Source: Octopus vulgaris (lineage: Eukaryota). Taken from it: DNA of 64,000 nucleotides. Position 1 is the first letter of the stretch; the number at the start of each line of letters is the position of its first letter. Made by a program: the position numbers and the translations under genes. The DNA lies in NCBI GenBank assembly GCA_951406725.2, contig OX597821.1:20460001-20524000 (forward strand), written 5' to 3'. This document shows, in pieces, positions 43,273 through 57,012 of this stretch. The notes below the pieces were generated by a model. That model was not told where the DNA came from, made no database searches, and saw only the letters and a list, made by a program, of their open reading frames with translations.

Positions 43273-43802
43273 ATAACCGCCAGACTTCGTATTCGTTATC
43301 TATTCCTTCTGTTTTGCATATGTGAATTGCAGGGTCTGTCATGCCCGGAGTCCAACTTTGATAGAAATAAGCATTCTTGACTGCTATTTCTATTTTTTCG
43401 GTATGCGGTCAAGCAACCTGTTTTGCCTGTCCCTTTTTCTTATATACAATATATATACTGAACTTTACAGAAGTTCCTGCCGGTAATCGGCTATATTTAC
43501 ATATCGAATTCTACCAGTAAATAATTGGGTTTTTTTAAAAGCCTTTATAGAAATTATTTACTCTTATTATTATATTACTATTTGGATTTTTCACTCCCTT
43601 TGACAACCTAATTGTTCCCCATCTTATGGAACTATTTTTGTAATGCGCATGGCAAAATTTTGGAGGGAAGATTTATGAATTCAAACGTCTATGTAGGTTT
43701 AGCTTTTGCTCACTTTCTTCAAATATTTTGATGTCGCACGGTCAGAAGGTTTGAGGTACGTAGCATTTGATAAATCTATGATAAATCTTTTTCAATGGAA
43801 AG

Positions 43803-43915
43803 CTGTGCTGAAGAAGGATGTGAAATATATATGCAATGTATATGAAATATATATCAAAAATATATATGGAATATATATTCAATATGTTTATAATCCAGAA
43901 ACATGATGTTCACAG
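43803..43915 (+). ncRNA. Hammerhead-like motif, copy 2
   Basis: Same sequence as copy 1, offset 643. Confidence 0.7.
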
Positions 43916-44446
43916 ATAACCGCCAGACTTCGTATTCGTTATCTATTCCTTCTGTTTTGCATATGTGAATTGCAGGGTCTGTCATGCCCGGAGTCCAACT
44001 TTGATAGAAATAAGCATTCTTGACTGCTATTTCTATTTTTTCGGTATGCGGTCAAGCAACCTGTTTTGCCTGTCCCTTTTTCTTATATACAATATATATA
44101 CTGAACTTTACAGAAGTTCCTGCCGGTAATCGGCTATATTTACATATCGAATTCTACCAGTAAATAATTGGGTTTTTTTTAAAAGCCTTTATAGAAATTA
44201 TTTACTCTTATTATTATATTACTATTTGGATTTTTCACTCCCTTTGACAACCTAATTGTTCCCCATCTTATGGAACTATTTTTGTAATGCGCATGGCAAA
44301 ATTTTGGAGGGAAGATTTATGAATTCAAACGTCTATGTAGGTTTAGCTTTTGCTCACTTTCTTCAAATATTTTGATGTCGCATGGTCAGAAGGTTTGAGG
44401 TACGTAGCATTTGATAAATCTATGATAAATCTTTTTCAATGGAAAG

Positions 44447-44559
44447 CTGTGCTGAAGAAGGATGTGAAATATATATGCAATGTATATGAAATATATATCA
44501 AAAATATATATGGAATATATATTCAATATGTTTATAATCCAGAAACATGATGTTCACAG
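44447..44559 (+). ncRNA. Hammerhead-like motif, copy 3
   Basis: Same sequence, offset 644 from copy 2. Confidence 0.7.
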
Positions 44560-45089
44560 ATAACCGCCAGACTTCGTATTCGTTATCTATTCCTTCTGTT
44601 TTGCATATGTGAATTGCAGGGTCTGTCATGCCCGGAGTCCAACTTTGATAGAAATAAGCATTCTTGACTGCTATTTCTATTTTTTCGGTATGCGGTCAAG
44701 CAACCTGTTTTGCCTGTCCCTTTTTCTTATATACAATATATATACTGAACTTTACAGAAGTTCCTGCCGGTAATCGGCTATATTTACATACCGAATTCTA
44801 CCAGTAAATAATTGGGTTTTTTTAAAAGCCTTTATAGAAATTATTTACTCTTATTATTATATTACTATTTGGATTTTTCACTCCCTTTGACAACCTAATT
44901 GTTCCCCATCTTATGGAACTATTTTTGTAATGCGCATGGCAAAATTTTGGAGGGAAGATTTATGAATTCAAACGTCTATGTAGGTTTAGCTTTTGCTCAC
45001 TTTCTTCAAATATTTTGATGTCGCACGGTCAGAAGGTTTGAGGTACGTAGCATTAGATAAATCTATGATAAATCTTTTTCAATGGAAAG

Positions 45090-45202
45090 CTGTGCTGAAG
45101 AAGGATGTGAAATATATATGCAATGTATATGAAATATATATCAAAAATATATATGGAATATATATTCAATATGTTTATAATCCAGAAACATGATGTTCAC
45201 AG
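45090..45202 (+). ncRNA. Hammerhead-like motif, copy 4
   Basis: Same sequence, offset 643 from copy 3. Confidence 0.7.
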
Positions 45203-45535
45203 ATAACCGCCAGACTTCGTATTCGTTATCTATTCCTTCTGTTTTGCATATGTGAATTGCAGGGTCTGTCATGCCCGGAGTCCAACTTTGATAGAAATAA
45301 GCATTCTTGACTGCTATTACTATTTTTTCGGTATGCGGTCAAGCAACCTGTTTTGCCTGTCCCTTTTTCTTATATACAATATATATACTGAACTTTACAG
45401 AAGTTCCTGCCGGTAATCGGCTATATTTACATACCGAATTCTACCAGTAAATAATTGGGGTTTTTTTAAAAGCCTTTATAGAAATTATTTACTCTTATTA
45501 TTATATTACTAAGATGATAGATAGATAGATACATA

Positions 45536-45765
45536 TGGAGGGGCGTGGCTTAGTGGTTCGCCTGTTGGACTCATGTACGTAAGATTGAGGTTTCGATTCC
45601 TAGACCGGGCGACACGTTGTGTTCTTCAGTAAACACTTCATTTAACTTTGCTCCAGTCCACTCAGCTGGCACAAATGAGTAATCCTGCGTCAAACAGGCA
45701 TCCCGTCCAGGTGGGGAACATAAACACCATGAAACCGGAACTCGTCTTGTTATGACTCGAGCATA
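45536..45765 (+). mobile_element. tRNA-derived SINE, family D (V-domain-like centre)
   Basis: A box tggcttagtgg, B box ggtttcgattcc; cctgcg...ggcatcccgtccagg resembles the V-SINE domain. Confidence 0.8.
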
Positions 45766-45798
45766 TAACATTATCTTTACTCTATAGATAGACAGATA

Positions 45799-45851
<53 letters not shown>

Positions 45852-45951
45852 TAAGAAGATAGATATATAGATACATACATACATACATACACACACACAT
45901 AAAAATAGATTGACAGATAGATACAGAGACGTGCGTGTGTATACATTTCTC

Positions 45952-45988
<37 letters not shown>

Positions 45989-46169
45989 TAGAAAATTATA
46001 GAATGGAGAAACATACTTAAATCAATAAAACATCAACTATCCGATGATACCCAATCAATACTTTAATACACCATTACATATGAGTAGAGGCATTATACAA
46101 AAAGAGATATACATTAATAGTAAAAAGATAAAGAGATATAAGTAAAAAATTTCAAATATGATATGCAAT

Positions 46170-46295
46170 TAATCAAAACTGACAGCTGTTTCGGCAGTGA
46201 GGGCAGTCATACCTCATTTAACCTATAAGCCATAAAGGCAGGTATAAATGAGGCATTAACAAGGATGCCCCACGGCCTCTTCAGAGAATTAAATT
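46170..46295 (-). ncRNA. Type I hammerhead ribozyme with intact core and 85-nt stem II
   Basis: Minus strand: ct-CTGAAGA-ggc...gcc-GAAA-cagctg-TC-ag. Stem II includes gggca/tgccc, tgcctcattta/taaatgaggta and acct/aggt. Palindromic stem III and GUC site. Stem I is short or decayed. Confidence 0.8.
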
Positions 46296-46636
46296 AAATT
46301 TGTTATAATTGTGAAAAATATTATATAATCATATACATATAAATATAAAAATATAAAAATGTAAAATATAAAAACTTATACATCATAATGCTACACTTAT
46401 ATAATATAATACACATTGGTACAATAAAGGAAGGTAAACAGAACAAAATAAAACAAAATATATATCAGTGTATATATTAATATTAATATTAATAAGTACC
46501 GATATTATACATATTTGGCTAATATTTTTTTTAAAAAAAAAACCTAACACATAGGGAGATGAAAAATAATAATTAAAACCATGGTTCAGTTCATAAAATT
46601 CTAAAGCTATAAAAGTTAATAAAAATTACTATTAAT

Positions 46637-46691
<55 letters not shown>

Positions 46692-46988
46692 GATACAGTT
46701 AAGTTTGCACAAAGTCCATCCTTTCAAGAACGAAATAACTATATATATATATATATATATTTATGCATCGCACATGTATGTGTGTGTACACGTGTGTGTT
46801 TATCTTTGCATTTATGTACAAAATAGATAGCTTCAATAAGATAAAATAAATATTACATTTTCGCGGTTATTTATTTCTTTATATCTATATGTGTCTAGAT
46901 ATTGATATATCATCTTCATGATCGCTATAGCATGTGCATTATATATGTATATACATATGTGTGTGTTTTGTGTGTGTGTATGTGTATG

Positions 46989-47023
<35 letters not shown>

Positions 47024-47201
47024 GTGTGTGTGTGTGTGTGTATTGTCTTATCTTTGGGGGTCAAGAAAATGTTATTTCACCAGTAGAGATCTAACGCAAA
47101 TTGTTTCCATCTTTCTATATTTCAATATTTCATGTCTCATCGCTATATGATAAACACTATATATATTGAATATCTATCCATCTATATATGTATTTACCTA
47201 G

Positions 47202-47237
<36 letters not shown>

Positions 47238-47255
47238 TACACATATATGTATACA

Positions 47256-47466
47256 TTCTTTTATTTCTTTCAGTAGTTTGACTGCAGCCATACTGGAGTA
47301 TCAACTTTAGTCGAAGTTGACCCCAGGACTTATCGTTTGTAATCCGAGTACTTATTCTGTCCAGCCCTATTGCTGAACCGCTATGTTTCTGGGACGTAGA
47401 CATACCAACATCGGTTGTTATGAGATGCTGCGGGGACAAACATACATACACAAATATATATATATA

Positions 47467-47512
<46 letters not shown>

Positions 47513-47662
47513 AAGTGTTTCTTTCAGTTTCCGTCTACGCAAGGCTTTGGTTCTCCCGAGGCTATAGTAGAAGACAGTTGTCCAAGGTACGACGCAGTGT
47601 GACTGAACCTGGTTCTATGTGATTGGGAGGTAAGCTGCTTAACACACACCCACGCCTGCGCC
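47256..47662 (-). mobile_element. SINE family A, older diverged copy
   Basis: Colinear similarity to family A. Confidence 0.85.
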
Positions 47663-47805
47663 TACACATGCACACACACACACAAATTATATGTATTTCA
47701 TTGATTTGACAATAACGAATATAGTTTTTCAGTATTCTATCTGTATATTTGTACATCATGCTTATCCCTTTATGTCATATGATTTTTCTATGTATAGTTT
47801 TAGAT

Positions 47806-47873
<68 letters not shown>

Positions 47874-48180
47874 CCATACATATATTATAAAATCTTGAGT
47901 ATATGATAACAAGACAGATACTTGTTCAACGTTCTATCACTATAATTGGAAGGAATGAAAATGACAAAAATATGACTTTCCTTGGGATAATATCTGTTGT
48001 ATTGATATTGATTTTTGTATTGTGTATTTATGTCAGTTCTACTATTGTATTTATATAAAAAATGTTATATATTTTCTTCTCTATGCGTGCGTGTGCGTGT
48101 TTTTGTATCTAAATCTATATCTACATCTCTCTCCCTCTCATTTTATTATCCACCTATCTTTCTAATTGGCGGTCTGCCCC

Positions 48181-48547
<367 letters not shown>

Positions 48548-49520
48548 CATTAGAAAAGAACCGAAGTTATGAAAGCGAAATAGATGAGAGAATGATTGAG
48601 AGATATGTAATTGCCCGAGAGTGAATTTGAATGTGGGTGTTGAATCATGTACATATTTATGTTGTCATTAAAATGTCCAGTAGGGGAGTTTTGAAAACAA
48701 TAAACATTATACGCGATGCATAACCGGAACCTCTATCGTCGACTAACAGAATGGCGTTTCAGTTCAAATTTTCCCATCATTAAATATCCAAAGTTTATTG
48801 GGTTTGTTTTAGTTTTTGATTATTCTCCGATTCTTTTAGTTCACCTGCAGTCATGTCGGACAAGCAGTTTTGGTATGAAACTGCAAATACATCAGGAATT
48901 AAGACGCTGTTGTATATTACATGAGACATGAGGTTCTGATAAAATGTTCACATTATGATGTTAATATTATAAAGTCACTTAAGGTCGATATTTGCATTTT
49001 TGCTGTTTTGGGAGCGATACAATAAGTATCAGTTGATTATTAGGGTCGACGTAATTGAATTATTCACTCCCCAAAATTGTTGGCCCTTTTTCTCAAAATT
49101 TGAAACCAATATCAAGGATTATCTTCATGATTTTTCTGGGTAGTTGTTCTGTACGAAACACAATGATGTCGTGAATTTCCTTTGAAAATATTTCTATAGT
49201 TCTTGATGCATAAGTTAACAGGGGACTTAATGTCTCCCTTGATCTCACCAATATACGTTCCTCCAATGTCGGCTATAACATTGCTATTTCTAAAACATTA
49301 CGGTATAGCACCAGGCAGATTTCGTAGTTCAATACTTGAATAATTTTTGAAGTTTGTTGAAATACCCTGTTCTTGCATTAGGTCTACTTTCATAACTAAA
49401 GTATATTTGGTGGGTTATGTTCATCTCTGTGTATCGCTGTGCGTGAATATTTATGTCTCTTTTTCTGTCTCTCACTTCTTTCTCTCTCTCCCTCTTTATA
49501 TATATATCTATGTGTGTGTC

Positions 49521-49602
<82 letters not shown>

Positions 49603-50142
49603 TGTATGTATGTATGTATGTATGTATGTATGTGTGTATGTATTTACTTGTGTATGGCATCATCCGGTATCAATACATGCCTGTGTGTGCGTGTATAGAC
49701 TGATGGATAAATGGGTGTTTAAAGAAACATCCAATAAAATATTGGTGAAACATTTCCAAACAGATAAAATAGAAATCACGGGAGATTCTGGCAATGTTGA
49801 ATGATGACCGGCTGATCTGTTGTTGTTATTGTTATTGTTATTGTTATTCCAGTTGTTTTTGTTATTGCTTGGCCTGATGTTCTGTTTGTAGTTATTATTG
49901 TTAATGTTCTTTATGTCGTTGTAGTTATTGTTGTTGTAGTTATTGCGATTGCTGCTGTTGTGGCCAATATTATTGTTTTTGTAGCTGTTGTATGCATTGT
50001 TGCCAAACATCGGTAATTTTTTCGTTTTTCTTTCTTCCCTTTCTTACTTATCATCGAAGTTCCATTTCGATATTGAACCAATTTTAAATGATCGACGACC
50101 TAGTCTTCATTAGCCTCCTCCTCTTACATATCCTCACCCTAA

Positions 50143-50241
50143 TTTCTTCTTCTTCTTCTTCTTCTTCTTCTTCTTCTTCTTCTTCTTCTTCTTCTTCTTC
50201 TTCTTCTTCTTCTTCTTCTTCTTCTTCTTCTTCTTCTTCTC
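50143..50241. repeat. (TCT)n microsatellite
   Basis: Pure trinucleotide run; source of the spurious poly-Ser ORF. Confidence 0.97.
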
Positions 50242-50765
50242 TTTACTTCCCATTCTCAACAACTTTTGCCAACCTTCCCACTTGTCTCCATGCACATACA
50301 TCCACTATCATCTCTTCTATCATCTTCACCACAACTCTTCATACACCTCTCTACCACCACTACCATCACCAAAATCGTAAACAATTGTCTTAAATAGAAA
50401 TATAATGTGTGTATGTATTCTGTGTGTCTGTGTGTGTATGTTTGGGTACGTGTTTGTAAAAGTCTGCGATAGTACGTATCATGAAGTGCTACGTTGTGTG
50501 TGCATGCATAAGTTAATTGTCTGTGTATACGAAAAAGTGAATAATGTTTCTGCATGCGTGGTTACATACTTGTCTATGTTTCTAAGCATGTGCGAGTGTT
50601 TGGTCATCTTTATATTTATGTGAGCCTTTGTAGGTGCATTTCTAAGTGTGTGGGTGTGAGTTTTATGTGTGTGAGAGATAATGCGTATATGCAAGTGAAG
50701 ATAACCTAAATGATTGAATGGAATTCAATTATTGAAATAGTTAAGGTGCTCAAAGAGAAGAGAGA

Positions 50766-50850
<85 letters not shown>

Positions 50851-51255
50851 TGTGTGGTCAGTCAGCCTTCTAGAATTATCAGGTAAATTACCCATACATC
50901 ATACCCAACACACTGAAGAATTTCAAAATCTAAAATATACACACGAGAAATAAGCAGATTGTGAAGGCTGTGTTCGGGAATCGTTTAGTAATTATTTTGA
51001 TCTGCGAATAACCGAAAATAAAAAAGAATTGAGGTACAGGTTTTCTTTACTGAACAAAAGAAGATTTGTGTCATAAAAACATGAGCAGAATCTTGATGGA
51101 TGAGTAGTTCAGAGGTAAGGGGAGCAGAGCTACGTACTTCATGTAATATGGTGTAGTTAGGCATTCAAAAGCATTTGCCTGTACCGTCAGAAAATCCACT
51201 TTCAGAATGACAATGTCAAACTGAGAATTGTTGCAAATACGCAGAATCTTACAGA

Positions 51256-51299
<44 letters not shown>

Positions 51300-51303
<4 letters not shown>

Positions 51304-51695
51304 CTTGTTTCAGTCATTTAACTGCGGCCTTGCTGGAGCACCGCCTTTAATCGAGCAAATCGACCACGGGACTTATTCTTTGTAAACCCAGTACTTATTC
51401 TATCGGTGTCTTTTGCCGAACCGCTAAGTAACGGGGACGTAAACACACCAGCATCGGTTGTCAAGCAATGCTAGGGGGACAAACACAGACACCCAAACAC
51501 ACACATACACACATATATATATATACATATATACGACAGGCTTCTTTCAGTTTCCGTCTACCAAATCCACTCACAAGGCTTTGGTCGGCCCGAGGCTATA
51601 GCAGAAGACACTTGCCCAAGGTGCCACGCAGTGGGACTGAACCCGGAACCATGTGGTTGGTTAGCAAGCTACTACTATACAGCCACTCCTGCGCC
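51300..51695 (-). mobile_element. SINE family A, full length
   Basis: High identity to the other copies. Confidence 0.92.
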
Positions 51696-52058
51696 TATAT
51701 ATATATGTAAACATGTTTGAGGGTTGTTCTGTAACATTTCACTTCAAACGCTTAAAAGTACTGTACAATTAGGTAAAATTCATCTAAAAATTCTTATAAA
51801 ATTGAAACAGTCTATTTAAGGTTTTACAAGGATGAGAAGATAACTATCAGAATACATACTAAATTCTTGTAAGTATAAAATTAGATCTCTCAGCAGGCTC
51901 ATATATAATATATGTGTAGGTATGGGTGTATACGTGAATGTATGCATATATATATGTCACTGTATGAAAAAAATTTTATAACATTCTTCTGATATAATGA
52001 CTCAAATACATTTTTTAACCTTTTAAAACAAGCCTTCTGTAGTTTTTTCACTTTTTAC

Positions 52059-52109
<51 letters not shown>

Positions 52110-52112
<3 letters not shown>

Positions 52113-52305
52113 CTTTTATTCTTCATTTGTTCTTTTATTTGTTTCATGCGGACATGCTGGAGCATTGCTTTTAGTCGATCAAATCGACCACAGGACTTAT
52201 TCTTTGTACGCCTAGTAAACACTCTAGCATTGATTGTCAAGCGATGTTGGGGCGAAACCCAGAACCACGTGGTTTGTAAGCCAGCTACTTACCACACAGC
52301 CACTC
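52110..52305 (-). mobile_element. SINE family A, internally deleted
   Basis: Head and tail pieces fused. Confidence 0.75.
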
Positions 52306-52335
52306 ACATTTATATATATTTATATTTACATAAAT

Positions 52336-52674
52336 TACACTCTTTACTCTTTTACTTGTTTCAGTCATTTGACTGCGGCCATGCTGGAGCACCACTTTTA
52401 GTCGAGCAAATCGACCCCTGGACTTATTCTTTGTAAGCCCAGTACTTATTTTATCGGTCTCTTTTCCCGAACCGCTAAGTGACGGGGACATAAACACACC
52501 AGCATCGGTTGTCAAGCAATGCTAGGGGGACAAACACAGACACACAAACACACACATATACATATATATACATATATACGACAGGCGTCTTCCAGTTTCC
52601 GTCTACCAAATCCACTCACAAGGTATTGGTCGGCCCGGGGCTATAGCAGAAGACACTTGCCCAAGATGCCACGC
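52336..52674 (-). mobile_element. SINE family A, 5'-truncated
   Basis: Matches the consensus up to ...gccacgca. Confidence 0.88.
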
Positions 52675-52734
52675 ATGTTTATATATATATATATATATGT
52701 TTATATACATATATACATGCATACACATGTACAT

Positions 52735-52845
<111 letters not shown>

Positions 52846-54951
52846 AGCATTTGGTGCCATATGCTAGAAATTTATTTTATAGTGAAGCCAAAAGTTACTT
52901 TCAAAAATGTTTGCAGTAATATGAAAGGTATTGTATCAATCTATTCAAAAGAAATATTTAGGTCAGAAATTAATTTTCTCACAAACATAAGTAATAATAA
53001 ATGAAAGTTAGTACAAGTTAATGATACTTTAAAATTATTTCACTGAAATATTGAATAAGTTGTTTCATTTGATAGATTCCTAAGTGAATTTATATTTAAA
53101 GGCTAGTTATTATTAAGGAAAATAATTAATCAACATGTTTAATTGAGGGGGCTCGCATGTTAAGAGGACTATATTTTTTTGGAAGGGACTATATATATTA
53201 ATTGAATAAGTTGTTTTGATGTTGTTATATTCATATGTAAATTATATATTCTAGATATCATTTAATGCAAATATTTCAAAATACAGGTTTAAATTTTATC
53301 GATCTTAATGTACCACTTCGATTTAGTCGACTTGAAATATTGTTCATGCATTGAAATCTATATAATATTACCTGACAAATGGGAATCAGAAAATAAATAT
53401 TTTCAAGCAATTAAATGAAATCTCTAATAGGTATTTTGAGGTTTATTTATAATTATATGGGAAATTATAGAAATAATTTCAATACTAGAAGTCGAATAAC
53501 ACAAAGATGTCTACTAAAATCCATAAACTTTCAATAATACGTTTTAACTCATACTTTGATTTTAGGATATAGTATCATTGCAATATTTTAAGAACAAAAA
53601 TCTGTGCTCTTGCAAAGCTTATAATATATATAACATTTTGTTGATGACACTCTATTTTAGCAAACATCCATATATTCTTTTTGTTTTGGCGTATAATTTC
53701 CACTTTTTCCATAGGTTTAAATATTTAAATATATACGTATTACATTCCTATCCATGCAACTTTGCGTATGTTTATCTCAATGCGTTGAAATACACTTCAC
53801 ATTCACAACATGTTTTTACCAATATATTGTTAAAGCAGCGTCATTAGCGCTCCGATATATCATGTATATCATGCTTAATTTCTTTATAAGACATAGCAGA
53901 TCCAAGCCCTTCTCGCCTATTATTTTAACTCTATATACTTATGTCGCATGTTCACATAATACATAATATATTATGAATATTTTTTCAACATATTTTGGGA
54001 TTTTTATATTCAGTAAGACTAATTCCGCAGAACCATTTGAACAGTGTGTGTGTGCGTGTGTGTGTGTGCATTTATTAATATTTTCATCATCAACCTCATC
54101 TATGCTATTATAATCTTAAGTGTGTGTTTGACTCGATGCATGCGTGTGGACGCATGCACACATATCTGAGAGTTCTTTGCACGAGAATGAAATATTCATG
54201 CTTTGACATAGATAGACATTTCTGAAAACCTTATTGCAGTTCTAAGTATATTTTATGTGCGTTGAACATACGAGTAGTTCCAGCCATAACTTATGATCTG
54301 ATCACATTTAACGAGAACGTAAGAAAACAAGATTCCATGGACTATAATTGGAGATATCATGTAAATGAAACCCCACAAATTATATTATAAGTCTGACAGT
54401 GAGTGATTCTATATGTGTAAGAAGTGAAAACGCTGTCGAGCATAAGGGAGTAATACAGGAACTACAAAAATTATTATATTTCCCTATTACTTTTTGAACT
54501 TGCAAATAGACTTTCAAGTTGGATTTAACGACTAAAAACTAGCAAGTAAACTACGTCAGCTGCAGTAAATTTCTTCAAAGAAATCGGATTAGCCTTCGTT
54601 TTGATAATATCAAAAATAAACTAAGCCGAGGAGTGAACTGAAATCAACGCAAATCATGGACATATTGATAACCGTAGTGAATAAACAAAGACATCGACCT
54701 TAGCATGACTGATATATTCGTGAACTGGATGTACTTGATATGATTTTAAAATTATTTCTCTAACAGATTCCTTGTGTTATCGTGAATAGACTATCACAAT
54801 CGACAGTATTTTCGATACATGAGAAGACCATCACCATCATTTGTACTGTAAATATCCGTGTTTAATCCAATAGTTGACGAATGGCACCTTTATGAGACAA
54901 TCCCTAGCAATGGAGCAGGCTGATCCACACAAGCTTTGACAAACAAAATAC

Positions 54952-54992
<41 letters not shown>

Positions 54993-55936
54993 AAATACGC
55001 TTCGCTGCGGTACACATATGAATTAGCATGGTAAGATACTACGGGATTTAGTGTATGTAATGTATCCTACATACTACATTAAAATCTGCCAAAATATACA
55101 TCACGATATTACATTATATTACCGTTAGTATGATAATACCAAACGTCTAAGTAGTTATACAAAATTCATCTGAAGACTGCAAATCTACCTGAAATTAAAA
55201 ACGGTAGGACAGAAAAGGATAAGACTATTCATAATTCAAAACAATAAAATGTCCCGCAACTTATCTCCAAATATTTTGGAACACTTTCTGGAAGGTTACA
55301 TTTAAAATGCATTCTAGACAGAACTAAAACTAGGATGCATAAACAAATTGTGTTGGTCTTCCTACATACTGCATTTGTTAAACTTTAAAATGTTTCCTGA
55401 CACTGAACATTTTTCTTAACCGTGAACATTCTCGTTAAAGTTAATTATTCTTGTTCCCTTTGAATAGTTTGTGAATGATCTCCATGTTGAAAATAATACT
55501 TATTTAAATAAATAAGTTTCTTCGCGTTCGCAACTAATGAATAATAAGTATGGTCTGAAAATAATACTAACAAACATATACAAACAAAAATTTGAGTTAG
55601 TGGGGGACATAGTTCCTTGACTGAATCGAATTTCATTCCAATGGTAATTTATTTTTTTGGTTTCCGGAAGTATGAAATGTAAATTTGATATAAAAAAGAA
55701 ATAAACATATGCTGTTCGATGTTCTAAAGATTCTGCCATTCTTTACAAACACAGATAAACATTTCGAAGGTGGACATGCAATAAAAGTCAGGGAATTTAT
55801 AAGTGCTTATTTCATTTAAGCCGATTTGTTGGAGAGGAAAATTCTGCTTTGTGGGTTTTAGATATTCAACGTAGTCAACCGGAAGAAATGCACAACACGT
55901 GAGATTGAAATTATCGATTACGATAAGAGAAAAAGG

Positions 55937-55967
<31 letters not shown>

Positions 55968-56557
55968 TGATGTGTAAGACTAACAGTTTATTATACGAGG
56001 ATGATTTCTTCATCCTTGTTACCAACGATGTTTGAAGCAAATAGCAAATTTCGTCATTCTCCCGAAAATATCTTTGAAGGTGTTATTTTCAAAACCGCTC
56101 CCCACCAAAAATGTTGAACCATTTACCACGGGGCATCATATCGAATATTTTAACAATCCAACTGTCTTCTAACTCGGACTGTTAGACTGAGAACGGAGGT
56201 AGCGTGGTGCCATAAATGATCGGATCTAAATTCAGAGAGTTGAGATTAGGAAATTAGAAAGCAAGGCTTGCAGATGTACGTTCAGCAACGGTACAACCAA
56301 CTGACCACGTAGTTACGCTGCGATATATCGAGTCAGAAAGGTATATTGCTTCAGTAGAGCTAGGTATTGTTTAGAGTAATGCGAGAGAACAACATAACCA
56401 AATATGTCTGTCTAAATTCATCCATCTGTACACTTAAGCATAAGATCTAAACCAGCGACAAAGCCTTCTATTGTCCGCTGTATTACTTTTGATACGCTGA
56501 ACTCTTGTCATTTTGTAACGTTGCTCTTGTATACATACATATGTGTATATGTATAAG

Positions 56558-56612
<55 letters not shown>

Positions 56613-56814
56613 TATGTGTGTGTGTGTGTGTGTACATAAGAGTACCACTTTCACAGAAAGAAATGAAGCACATATGCTATATACATAGACGTTTAAACTC
56701 ATGTGTATAAACAAAGTTTATAGAAAGGAAATGCTTGTTACCAATGCACATATACATATACGCTGAAGAATAAATGCGAGACTGTTGACTTGTAGGTAGA
56801 TACATAATTCTTCC

Positions 56815-57012
56815 TACACAAAGTTTGAGATTTGGGGCGAGGGGGACTAGTCGAGTACATCGACCCCAACGTTTCACTGATAGTTAATCTATCGATACCG
56901 AGAGGATGCAAAGTATAGTCGACCTGGGCGGAATTTGTACTCAGAATATAAAGACGGGCGAAATACCGCTAAGCATTTCGCCTGGCGTGCTAATGACTCT
57001 GTCTGCTCACCG
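56815..57012 (-). mobile_element. SINE family B
   Basis: Matches family B head and core. Confidence 0.85.

Larger units (their letters stand above)
43078..45511 (+). repeat. Tandem array of a 643/644-bp unit (about 3.8 copies) carrying a hammerhead-like motif; retrozyme or Penelope-pLTR-like
   Basis: Units start at 43078, 43721, 44365 and 45008, with only scattered substitutions and poly-T length differences. The identical spurious 66-aa ORF recurs three times. Confidence 0.95.

Noticed and set aside
43706-43906. Thrice-repeated 66-aa ORF
   Set aside because: TTG start, no recognisable domain, overlaps the hammerhead fold; the repetition just reflects the tandem array.
43078-45511. CRISPR-like array
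   Set aside because: Whole units are identical with no variable spacers, and the context is eukaryotic.
49660-50393. Asn-rich and poly-Ser ORFs
   Set aside because: Derived from decayed (TTG/TTA)n and (TCT)n simple repeats.
54768-54953. Exon-like segment with good acceptor and donor
   Set aside because: Stops in all three frames and no transcript evidence.
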